A stretch of 13,998 bases of DNA, from positions 1 through 13,998 of the forward strand of contig JALTLO010000020.1 of the NCBI GenBank assembly GCA_027001995.1, written 5' to 3'. The first letter of the stretch is position 1. The number at the start of each line of letters is the position of its first letter. Position numbers and translations under genes: made by a program. A model generated the notes under the pieces. That model had not been told where the DNA came from. It worked only from the letters and a program-made list of their open reading frames with translations, and searched no databases. This stretch comes from Planctomycetota bacterium. GTDB taxonomy: Bacteria > Planctomycetota > GCA-002687715 > DRQF01. Positions 1 to 7,404 of the stretch are shown piece after piece.

Positions 1-98
1 CGGCGGTGAAAGCCCTTCCTGACCGGCCGAAACGGGCAAATCCTGGGCAAGAAAGACGGGGCGGGGAGAGGGTTTGGGGGGGAAGATCCAGATTGTGT

Positions 99-443
99 CT
101 ATCCTGGAGGCCAGGACATGGGGCGGCCGCCTAAAATGTGGACGTGGAGGTGGGGGACCGATTGTTGGCCATCGGTGCCATCGTTGATAACCAAACGGTA
201 GCCGTTCGTGAGATTGAGGCTTTGGGCAACTTTTCTTGCGACGACGAAGAGGTGTCCGACAATATGAGCATCATCGTCTTTGAGCTGGGAGATGGAGGGG
301 ATGAGTTTTCTGGGCACCACCAAGATGTGGGTGGGGGCTTGAGGGTTGATGTCATAAAAGGCAGCACAAACCTCGTCCTCGTAGGCCATTTGGGAAGGGA
401 TCTCGCCATCAAATATTTTTTGGAAAATGGTCTTTTCACTCAT
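99..443 (-). CDS. hinT: Histidine triad (HIT) nucleotide-binding protein, HinT/PKCI-like purine nucleoside phosphoramidase (114 aa)
   Basis: N-terminal TIFQKIFDGEIPS, DINPQAPTHILVVP and GQQSVPHLHVHILGGR (HxHxH triad), ending WPPG. Start moved from 581 to the ATG at 443, which has an AGGAG ribosome-binding site upstream. Confidence 0.95.
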   Translation of the reverse strand: MSEKTIFQKIFDGEIPSQMAYEDEVCAAFYDINPQAPTHILVVPRKLIPSISQLKDDDAHIVGHLFVVARKVAQSLNLTNGYRLVINDGTDGQQSVPHLHVHILGGRPMSWPPG

Positions 444-468
444 CACTGACTCCTGGTTTGTTACCGGC

Positions 469-496
469 ATGATGACGCAAAAAATGGATTTGTCAA
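469..496 (-). promoter_or_regulatory. Putative sigma70-type promoter for hinT
   Basis: On the minus strand: perfect TTGACA (496-491), 16-nt spacer, then CATCAT (474-469, 4/6 match to TATAAT), in the intergenic gap about 25 nt upstream of the hinT ATG. Confidence 0.5.
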
Positions 497-535
497 TCGG
501 TGATAGGAAGAGGGTGTTTTGGCAGTGGAGTTGGA

Positions 536-1951
536 TTAGGCGGCGGAGTCGTCGGCTGATTCCAAGATACCTAAGCGGCACAATTCGCTGAGGGCGCGGG
601 TGACTTTGGCCTTGGAATGGACGTAAAGATCTTGGTCTTGATGAGCTGATTGAATGATGTCGTCCGTGTCGGGGTAGCGGCTGACAAGCTCAAGGATCTT
701 GGCTACCGGAATTCCCAAGGCCGATTGATGCACCGGGCCACCGGGTTTGCCCATGCCAATGACCCGTTCTAAGACTCGACCTTTGCGGCGAAGGGTTGGA
801 TAGCGCCCGACTTCTTCTGCGATTCTAAGTCGCATGGGAAGCTGGGTGTCTTCTGTCGCCGGGATGATTCTGACCTGGCATGATTCGTGTCGCTGCCGCC
901 AAAACTCTTGGTCAGAGAAACGGGCTTCTTGTAGATAGAGTCCTGAAGACTGTGATAGGTGATTGAAGTATCGCGTCTCCTCGTGAGTGGCCAAATGTTG
1001 AATGCAAGGAGAGCGCAAATCAGGATGTTCCAGAATCGTGTTGGTACAAATGGCGGCCATCTCTGCGGCCTGAATGCTTGACTCTAAACCTCGGCCTAAG
1101 AGGGGGTCTAAAGTGCAAGCGGCGTCACCTAAGAGTAGGATGTCGGTTGGGGTTGTCACCAACCTGGGGGTGGCATTGAGGTGGCGAATACTACCCCGTT
1201 CAATTCGGTGATTGCCTGCGAGGTTCTTGTTGAGAAGTTGTTTAAGAATCCTCAGGGCTTCGCGCCATTCGTGGTGGGGAATCCCGGTGAATACAGCAGC
1301 TTGGGGTGCGCATGTGTCTTCCGCAAACCAAGAAAACCATCCTTGGGGAAGAGACTCCAGAACATCCATTTCTTTGCTTTTCTTTTCACAGCGGATCATA
1401 GCGGTGAGGGCGAAGAGATCTGGAGTTGTGTGTTTGAGCGCCACCGGCAGGAGGCCTTGGGTGTGGCTGCGACCAGTGGCCACGACGATCGTCTCAACTT
1501 CGAGAGGTAAGAGCTTTCCTCGAAACTGAATCGAAACAGGTCCTTTACCCTGTGGCGGCAGTGAACCGATAACCTCGGCCCCTTCCATGACTGTCACTTT
1601 GAGTGCTTGAGCAAGGGCGCGAAGATCAGGATCTAAGGAGTCCCGGTCAATCCTCAGGCCACAGTCTTCTTCTTTGAATTTGAGTACTTGGGCATCGCCA
1701 TCTCCCCAAATGAGAACTCGTTTCTTGCATCTGGGGTGACCACTTTCTCTGGCGCTGGTCATGATGCCATTGCGTTTTAGGATTGCTGAGGCATCCACAG
1801 AAACGGATTGAAATGGGAATGGGTGAGGGCCGCCGTTCTTTTCGATGAGACATACGCGCTTACCCCAGCCAGCAAGGGTGCAGGCTAAGACACAACCTGC
1901 GGGCCCACCACCGACGATGAGGCAGTCAAAGTGTGTTCTCTTGGAGAACAT
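536..1951 (-). CDS. FAD-dependent oxidoreductase/monooxygenase, QhpG/LodB/tryptophan-halogenase-like family
   Basis: Rossmann motif DCLIVGGGPAG...LIEK, IDRDSLD, VVATGR, LGDAACTLDPLLGRG and YLQEARFSDQEFWRQR. C-terminal extension ends ALSELCRLGIL (winged-helix-like). Start is ATG 1951 or GTG 1963. Confidence 0.75.
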   Translation of the reverse strand: MFSKRTHFDCLIVGGGPAGCVLACTLAGWGKRVCLIEKNGGPHPFPFQSVSVDASAILKRNGIMTSARESGHPRCKKRVLIWGDGDAQVLKFKEEDCGLRIDRDSLDPDLRALAQALKVTVMEGAEVIGSLPPQGKGPVSIQFRGKLLPLEVETIVVATGRSHTQGLLPVALKHTTPDLFALTAMIRCEKKSKEMDVLESLPQGWFSWFAEDTCAPQAAVFTGIPHHEWREALRILKQLLNKNLAGNHRIERGSIRHLNATPRLVTTPTDILLLGDAACTLDPLLGRGLESSIQAAEMAAICTNTILEHPDLRSPCIQHLATHEETRYFNHLSQSSGLYLQEARFSDQEFWRQRHESCQVRIIPATEDTQLPMRLRIAEEVGRYPTLRRKGRVLERVIGMGKPGGPVHQSALGIPVAKILELVSRYPDTDDIIQSAHQDQDLYVHSKAKVTRALSELCRLGILESADDSAA

Positions 1952-2125
1952 AGAAACTCGCACGAATTCGGATCAAGAAAAAACGGCAGCGAAACCGCCA
2001 AGCGGTGACGCTACCGTAGGATACGCTACTAACCTATTCGTCCATTCCGCCTTGTAGCTGAAGATGTGTTCTGAGAATGGGTAAACATGCAGGTTTTGCC
2101 AATTGCTTGGGCAAATGGTGGAGGT

Positions 2126-2977
2126 CTAACGGCTGCTTGTGGAATGGGATTGGGGCTTGCGGCCATCGCCTTCAATTGGCGCGAAGTCGATGATCTGACT
2201 GAGTTGAAATTGGCGTACGCTGCCATCGCTCATGCATTGGGCCATGAGGCAATCGTTGTCGCCAAATTTGCAGAATGTCAGGGGCAAAACTCTTTGGGGA
2301 CGTTCGCCAGCGTAACGCATGATCAATACATCACCTCGGCGAATGGCATGGGGAATTTCGCTGAAACGGGGGGCTAAGCCCACGGTGCTAGGGGCGGTGG
2401 CTGCATGGCTTGTGGTTGTTGCCCGGCGCATGAGCTCTTCGAACGCTCTTGGTTCATGCTGGCTTATTAGCTTGGTAATCAACTGCATGACATAAAGGGA
2501 GTCAGCCATAGCACGGTGATAGCCAGATTCTTTGAAACCATAATATTCGACCAAGGTGCCGAGCTTATAGTTCTTGATGGGGAGCTCTAACATGCGGGTG
2601 AGCTTCAGTGTGTCGACGACGCGATTGTGGGGGGCTGCGTGGCCGCCTCTGGTTAGTTCGGTGCTGATGAAGGTGACATCAAAGGCCGCGTTGTGCGCCA
2701 CCAAAATATCATCTTCATGTAACCAACTGGCAAATTGTCTGCAGGCGTTGCTCGGATCGGGAGCTCTGGAAACCATGGCGTCACTGATGCCATGGATATT
2801 GATGACCTCTTGACTCATGGGGTCGCCAGGATTGGCGAAAGTGGAAAAACGAGAGATCTCGTCTCCGTCGCCGGTGAAACGAACGCCCGCAATCTCAACA
2901 ACGTTGGACTGCTGAGGTTTTAGCCCAGTCGTCTCTGTGTCGAAAGCGACGTAGATCCTTTCTTTTGGATCGTTCAT
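2126..2977 (-). CDS. DEDDh 3'-5' exonuclease (DnaQ/Pol III epsilon-like) with C-terminal WYL-like domain
   Basis: ExoI AFDTETTGL, ExoII VAHNAAFD and ExoIII HRAMAD are all intact. Residues ~206-268 (AIRRGDVLIMRY...RVLPL...CLMAQC...RQFQLSQI) follow the WYL-domain pattern. Confidence 0.88.
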   Translation of the reverse strand: MNDPKERIYVAFDTETTGLKPQQSNVVEIAGVRFTGDGDEISRFSTFANPGDPMSQEVINIHGISDAMVSRAPDPSNACRQFASWLHEDDILVAHNAAFDVTFISTELTRGGHAAPHNRVVDTLKLTRMLELPIKNYKLGTLVEYYGFKESGYHRAMADSLYVMQLITKLISQHEPRAFEELMRRATTTSHAATAPSTVGLAPRFSEIPHAIRRGDVLIMRYAGERPQRVLPLTFCKFGDNDCLMAQCMSDGSVRQFQLSQIIDFAPIEGDGRKPQSHSTSSR

Positions 2978-3005
2978 GCGTTCCTATCATCGTCCTTGTT
3001 GCAGA

Positions 3006-4868
3006 TCATTGGTTCAGAGTCTGGAGCATCCTGAATGCGGCTTCCGTCGCGTCGATGGCTGTCTCACGGTGTTCAAAATACCATCGCTTGAGGACATTTA
3101 TTTCAGGCAGTGGGTCTTGCCCTAAACAATCGAAAGATTCCGGGCGTGGGAGAGCTCTGAAGAAGCAAGGAGAGGCTATCACGAGCAATTTGCGACGGGC
3201 TCGGGTGGTGGCCACATTGAAACGATTGGGCAAATAGAGGAAGTCAATCTCGGCATTGAGAATGTCTGGGTCAGACAAAGTCATGCTCAAAATGACCAAG
3301 TCTCGCTCCTGACCTTGGATTCTTTCGACTGTGTCAATCAAGATGTTTTTGTCATCCAAGCCTGTCTTCGCCAAGAATTCGCGAATGCGAACATTTTGTC
3401 GTCGATGGGGGGCAATGACGGCAATCTCTTCGGGGGCAACGCCACTGTCGATGGCATCGTTTACCAAGTCTGCCACCAGGGCAGCTTCTTCCGGGGACTC
3501 TTGTCCTCTCCCTGCGTGTTTGACCAGAACAAGTTGGCAGGGTGGTCCCTGTTCTAAGAGTTCGGGATAACGACAAGGCGCTGTGAATTCGAGTTGGCGA
3601 TTGCGGGCGCTTGGGGCTGACTTAAGGATGCCGTCATAGAATTCCTTGCTTGGAAAGTTCACCAAGCCTTCGTTCAAACGAAAGCTCTCATCCAACATCA
3701 CGGCGTCTTGTTGTGCCTCTTCGACCAAGTGCTGAAAGATGCTGGTCGCTACCCCTCGTCCGGCCTTCATCGAAGAAACCACGGGGGGAAGTTGTTTGTG
3801 GTCGCCGGCGAAGATGAAGCGATCGCATTGCGCCATGGCCATCATCGCCGATGGCAAAGTGAGTTGGGAGGCCTCATCAAAAACCATGACATCGAAGCGG
3901 GCTTCAATGCCATCAGCGGTGGCCCTTTCTAAGTGCTTGGCGATGGGCTGAAATGCAGCGTATTGGGTGAGCCCTGTGACGGAGGGAGTCTTCTTGGTGC
4001 GAAAAAATGTGCCAGGGCTGGCAATCAGTCGCAAGCGTGGCTGTCCCTTTTCTTCTCGCCAACTTTGGAGATTGCCAATTTTGGTGACTGCCGGAATGTC
4101 TTCGTATTGCAAGCACTCCAAAAGAACATTGTTGATGGCCTGATGGGTGAAGGCACACACGGCCACCTTAAGCCCACTCTTTACCAACTCTCGAATGATG
4201 AGTCCCAAGACGTGAGTCTTGCCAGTGCCCGGTGGGCCTTGGATGAGTGTGAGGTCTTGGGTGATAGCTTGGGTCAAAGCCAGCCCTTGCATCTGAGTGA
4301 GTTTGGCGAGCGCTGCGTCTGCCTTCAAGTTGGGAGCTGGGGCACCGGTGGGTTGTGCTTTTATTTTTCCTGACAAGAATCCTTGGATCTTCTCGATTTG
4401 CGCAGATGTGCCCATGTCACCTGCCATGTAGCGAAGTGCCAATGTTGGCATTTCTCGGCTCATACGGGCGGCTGGAAGGGTTTGGTCTAAGACCAGCATG
4501 TCGCCTATTGCGTAGCGGCCACCGAATCGGCTTTTTTGTTGGTAGCCCGGTCTGATCGTCATTATGCCAGCATGTTCGTCAATGGCTTCGACGACTCCTT
4601 CAGGACCACTGATGACGTCTTTTGGGGCTACCCCCATGGGGTTCACATAGACGTATTCGCCGACGCGGATCTTGGAAGGGTTTCTTTTGAATGCCAACTC
4701 AAGGCGTCCACTTTCAAAAGAAGTATTCAAAACCTTGAGACCAGGCCAGCACGTGTATTGGTCGACTCTTCGAGGAATCGGCAAAGTGATTTGGTCGATG
4801 ACGCTGCGGAAACGCCGCCGAAATTCTGTGTCGATAAATTCGATCAATGACTTGGTGTCGAGGCTCAT
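3006..4868 (-). CDS. Superfamily 1 helicase, Dna2/Upf1(NAM7)-like (AAA_11/AAA_12 type), 620 aa
   Basis: Walker A IQGPPGTGKT, Ia CAFTHQAINN, Walker B FDEASQ, III GDHKQLPP, IV SFRLN, V DTVERIQGQERD, VI RFNVATTRARRK. Start moved to ATG 4868, which overlaps the upstream TGA (ATGA, 4868-4865). Confidence 0.93.
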   Translation of the reverse strand: MSLDTKSLIEFIDTEFRRRFRSVIDQITLPIPRRVDQYTCWPGLKVLNTSFESGRLELAFKRNPSKIRVGEYVYVNPMGVAPKDVISGPEGVVEAIDEHAGIMTIRPGYQQKSRFGGRYAIGDMLVLDQTLPAARMSREMPTLALRYMAGDMGTSAQIEKIQGFLSGKIKAQPTGAPAPNLKADAALAKLTQMQGLALTQAITQDLTLIQGPPGTGKTHVLGLIIRELVKSGLKVAVCAFTHQAINNVLLECLQYEDIPAVTKIGNLQSWREEKGQPRLRLIASPGTFFRTKKTPSVTGLTQYAAFQPIAKHLERATADGIEARFDVMVFDEASQLTLPSAMMAMAQCDRFIFAGDHKQLPPVVSSMKAGRGVATSIFQHLVEEAQQDAVMLDESFRLNEGLVNFPSKEFYDGILKSAPSARNRQLEFTAPCRYPELLEQGPPCQLVLVKHAGRGQESPEEAALVADLVNDAIDSGVAPEEIAVIAPHRRQNVRIREFLAKTGLDDKNILIDTVERIQGQERDLVILSMTLSDPDILNAEIDFLYLPNRFNVATTRARRKLLVIASPCFFRALPRPESFDCLGQDPLPEINVLKRWYFEHRETAIDATEAAFRMLQTLNQ

Positions 4869-6610
4869 TTTGTCAGCCTCGTGAGGACGTCCAAGATTGA
4901 CTTTGAAGTCTTCAACCTTTCGGCAAGATTGAACTCCATGAGTAGGCGAAAAGCTGGGTCTTTGGTTTCGCGCCATTCGCGCACCAAGATGGCATCCAGA
5001 TCACTGCCGGGTTCTTCTATAGCATGGCAAGGATCGATCTTGTAGTCGGCGAAAATCTCATCAAGTTTCCGCAATGCCATCTCAGCGTCGTCCGCATTTT
5101 TGCCTTCAAGACGGGAACAATAGTCTCTGAGTGCGTCTGGTTCCAAGGGAGAGGTCATGGTCGGACCATTGTGCTTGCGGAGTAGCGTTTGATTGAGGCG
5201 ATCCAAGTCAAATGTGTCGATAGGAAGATGGTATGTGCGGTCAATCGTGTTGGTCAAAATTGCAGACTCAGACAACAAACGCTCGACGCTGGTGGGGGCG
5301 TTTCCATGTTCTTGCCACAAGGATGCCGCTTGTCTTTTTAAACGATAGGGAAGGGATGGATCAACGAAAACGAGCAGAGCCCGCTCGCGCCGGGATTGCA
5401 ATAGTTTGTTGGTGTTGTTGAGCTCAACAAAAAGTGCCCGCAAGGTGCCCACGCAATCGGCTGGTTTTTCTGCTGCTATGAAGCTAAACATGCCGAAGTC
5501 TTCACTTTTATCTCGGGGTCGGCAAAGTGCAAAAGCGAGCATGGCTTCGTCTCCGTGGAAACGATCCGGAATGGCATCGACCAACAGAATCGGGCCTCGA
5601 TGACGAAAAATGCAAGGTGCTCCCAAACCTGCCGGGGCTTGACCGAGGGTCGATGTGTTAGGGTCTTGGCGCATGATCGACATACCCAATTCTTGGGCCC
5701 CAGCTTTTTGTTTGAGATCGCGAAAACCATCCATGCGGTTACCGAATCGTCGCCCAAGTGTTCTGAGGTCTGCCTCGCTTTGGGCCATAAGCTCTTTGCG
5801 GTTGTGAATTCCGGCCGCCACTAAGGTTCGTTTCTCGGATGGTTTGCAGCCGGGAACCAAGCATAAGTCATCGGTTTTTTCTGCCAACTTTTTGCAGTGG
5901 TTGCGCCAATGACAAAAGCGACACTTGGGGCCGTAGTGGAAGGAAACGTCTTCCTTCTCTTGGCAACTAGGGGCTTCTTCTTCTAAGAATAGACGCAGCG
6001 TCCAGAGCAAGTCTTCTGTCGAGAATTCTTGGCGCTCGGAAGCGCCGGTAATGATGAAACCGGTGGGGGGGAAGAGCCCTTGGCGTTTTTCGAGAATCGC
6101 CGAATAGAAGGCGACCTGCATCTTTTGGCCGAACTTGGCGTCCCGGCTCGATTTCACATCTCCGACGACATAGGCATAATCGCCCAAGTCGCTCTTCAAG
6201 TCATCTCGACGCTCCAAGAGATCGGTCTCCCCGCGAAAGCAGAATTCAGAGTCCCGGGCGCCCACTCCTGGTTCGAACGATTGAAAGTCACCGGGTTGGG
6301 AAGTGAGAAAGCCGTGCATGATGAAGCGGATTCCGCTTTTCATCGCTTCTTGGGTGGCAATCACTCGGCGGGCGATGTCGTCATTGTGGTTGAGCGATGG
6401 GTCAGGGCTAATCTCAACACAATCCTTGGGGTGCTTGGCTTTGAGATGGTCGAAGACCGCTTTTTCGTGGCGGTTGCCTCTTTCCATGAGATAACGGCCA
6501 GCGGCGCTGGGTTCGGCTCTTTCGTCTTTGTTGCCAAAGAGATCCAAATGCACCCGGTAGAGGCAGGGGTGGCTGAATTGATTGTAGATGGTGCTGCCGG
6601 TGATGATCAT
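4865..6610 (-). CDS. TM0106-family RecB-like/Cas4-like PD-(D/E)XK nuclease with HhH and a degenerate RNase H-like C-terminal region (581 aa)
   Basis: N-terminal ITGSTIYN...HPCLYR, RGNRHE, RGETDLL, SDLGDYAYVVGDVKSSR, QVAFY (RecB QxxxY), CRFCHWRNHC, and DDLCLVPG...LVAAGI (HhH). Start moved to ATG 6610, 2 nt after the upstream stop. Confidence 0.85.
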   Translation of the reverse strand: MIITGSTIYNQFSHPCLYRVHLDLFGNKDERAEPSAAGRYLMERGNRHEKAVFDHLKAKHPKDCVEISPDPSLNHNDDIARRVIATQEAMKSGIRFIMHGFLTSQPGDFQSFEPGVGARDSEFCFRGETDLLERRDDLKSDLGDYAYVVGDVKSSRDAKFGQKMQVAFYSAILEKRQGLFPPTGFIITGASERQEFSTEDLLWTLRLFLEEEAPSCQEKEDVSFHYGPKCRFCHWRNHCKKLAEKTDDLCLVPGCKPSEKRTLVAAGIHNRKELMAQSEADLRTLGRRFGNRMDGFRDLKQKAGAQELGMSIMRQDPNTSTLGQAPAGLGAPCIFRHRGPILLVDAIPDRFHGDEAMLAFALCRPRDKSEDFGMFSFIAAEKPADCVGTLRALFVELNNTNKLLQSRRERALLVFVDPSLPYRLKRQAASLWQEHGNAPTSVERLLSESAILTNTIDRTYHLPIDTFDLDRLNQTLLRKHNGPTMTSPLEPDALRDYCSRLEGKNADDAEMALRKLDEIFADYKIDPCHAIEEPGSDLDAILVREWRETKDPAFRLLMEFNLAERLKTSKSILDVLTRLTK

Positions 6611-6612
6611 GA

Positions 6613-7203
6613 TTAGTCTGAACTGGTGTGGTCGCGGATGATGCGCCAACCTTCGGCGAGTTTGCGGAACACGAGGATGAATCCTCCTTGAGGTTCGGTC
6701 TTGAGGCCCCCCAAATGCCATCGGCCCATAACCACCGCTTCGTTGTCTGCGGTGAGCACGATGTCCAAGTCGCTGAAAGTGAGTTTTCCCATTGTTTCTT
6801 GGGTGTAGTTGGCTTTGTAAGAGTTGATGGTGGCTTGCCATCCTCGGCGGATCTTACCGCCACTGGTGAAAATCAATTGGTTAGACTTCCAATAACCTTC
6901 CATGAAACCCTCTATGTCTCCCCGATTCCATGCTTGGGTTTGCTTGGCCAGAACAGCGCATATTTGGCCCTTCTCCGGGATAAAGAGGGCACCATTGCTC
7001 TCGATCCAGGGATTGTCCGCAATGCCAGTTACCTCGAAGAATTCTTCTGTTTTTCTGCGGATATCTTGTGTGTCCAGGGCTCTTTTCTCTTGCTTCGTGA
7101 GGCTTTGACCCCCTCTTTCTTCGCAACAAGCACCGCAGCCTGTCGAATCGCTGGCGCAGCTGGTGAGAATGAGCAAAAGTCCCACAACAAACAGAGATTT
7201 CAT
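6613..7203 (-). CDS. Predicted lipoprotein with NTF2-like/SnoaL (DUF4440/YybH-type) domain
   Basis: Signal peptide MKSLFVVGLLLILTS-C with lipobox. C-terminal domain QTQAWNRGDIEGFMEGYW...RGWQATINSYKANY...MGKLTFS...GRWHL...GWRIIRDHTS is typical of the family. Alternative start at 7218. Confidence 0.82.
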   Translation of the reverse strand: MKSLFVVGLLLILTSCASDSTGCGACCEERGGQSLTKQEKRALDTQDIRRKTEEFFEVTGIADNPWIESNGALFIPEKGQICAVLAKQTQAWNRGDIEGFMEGYWKSNQLIFTSGGKIRRGWQATINSYKANYTQETMGKLTFSDLDIVLTADNEAVVMGRWHLGGLKTEPQGGFILVFRKLAEGWRIIRDHTSSD

Positions 7204-7404
7204 GCATTGGGTGTCCATGCCCCCATCTTATCCCCCTCACCTGACATGTGTCGATCTTCGGGGAAGTCGGTGCAAGATCTTGACAGGTACGGGCTTGCAA
7301 GCGATGGGGAATTCCTCTCGATTCTCATAGAAGAGGTTTTTTCTTTCGGAATTGGGGTTCTGTCGGTGTAGCATGCACCCACAGCGGTTGGTCGGAGACA
7401 AATT

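Noticed and set aside
444..581. 46-aa N-terminal extension of the HIT protein
   Set aside because: It overlaps the upstream gene end and the putative promoter. The RBS and family start match ATG 443.
2095..2115. Hairpin TTTGCC...GGCAAA after the exonuclease gene as an intrinsic terminator
   Set aside because: The stem is short with a long loop, and there is no U-tract on the minus-strand transcript.
2126..2977. Assigning the symbol dnaQ
   Set aside because: The DEDDh core is shared by many exonucleases. The WYL-like C-terminus and gene context argue against a confident Pol III epsilon call.
4869..4976. Helicase start at 4976 giving a 112-nt gene overlap
   Set aside because: The ATGA coupling at 4868 is a more parsimonious start.
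4865..6610. Cas4 / CRISPR-Cas locus
   Set aside because: The nuclease is Cas4-like in its motifs, but I saw no repeat-spacer array, cas1/cas2 or effector genes. The length and HhH region fit the TM0106 family better.
6611..6841. N-terminal extension of the nuclease ORF to 6841 as given in the ORF track
   Set aside because: It overlaps the NTF2-like gene in another frame. Family similarity starts at MIITGS (6610).
7280..7308. Sigma70 promoter at TTGACA for the protease gene
   Set aside because: No credible -10 element at 16-18 nt spacing (GATGGG at 17).
6029..7371. Plus-strand ORFs of 195 aa and 247 aa
   Set aside because: They are antisense shadows of the nuclease and lipoprotein genes, with no motifs.
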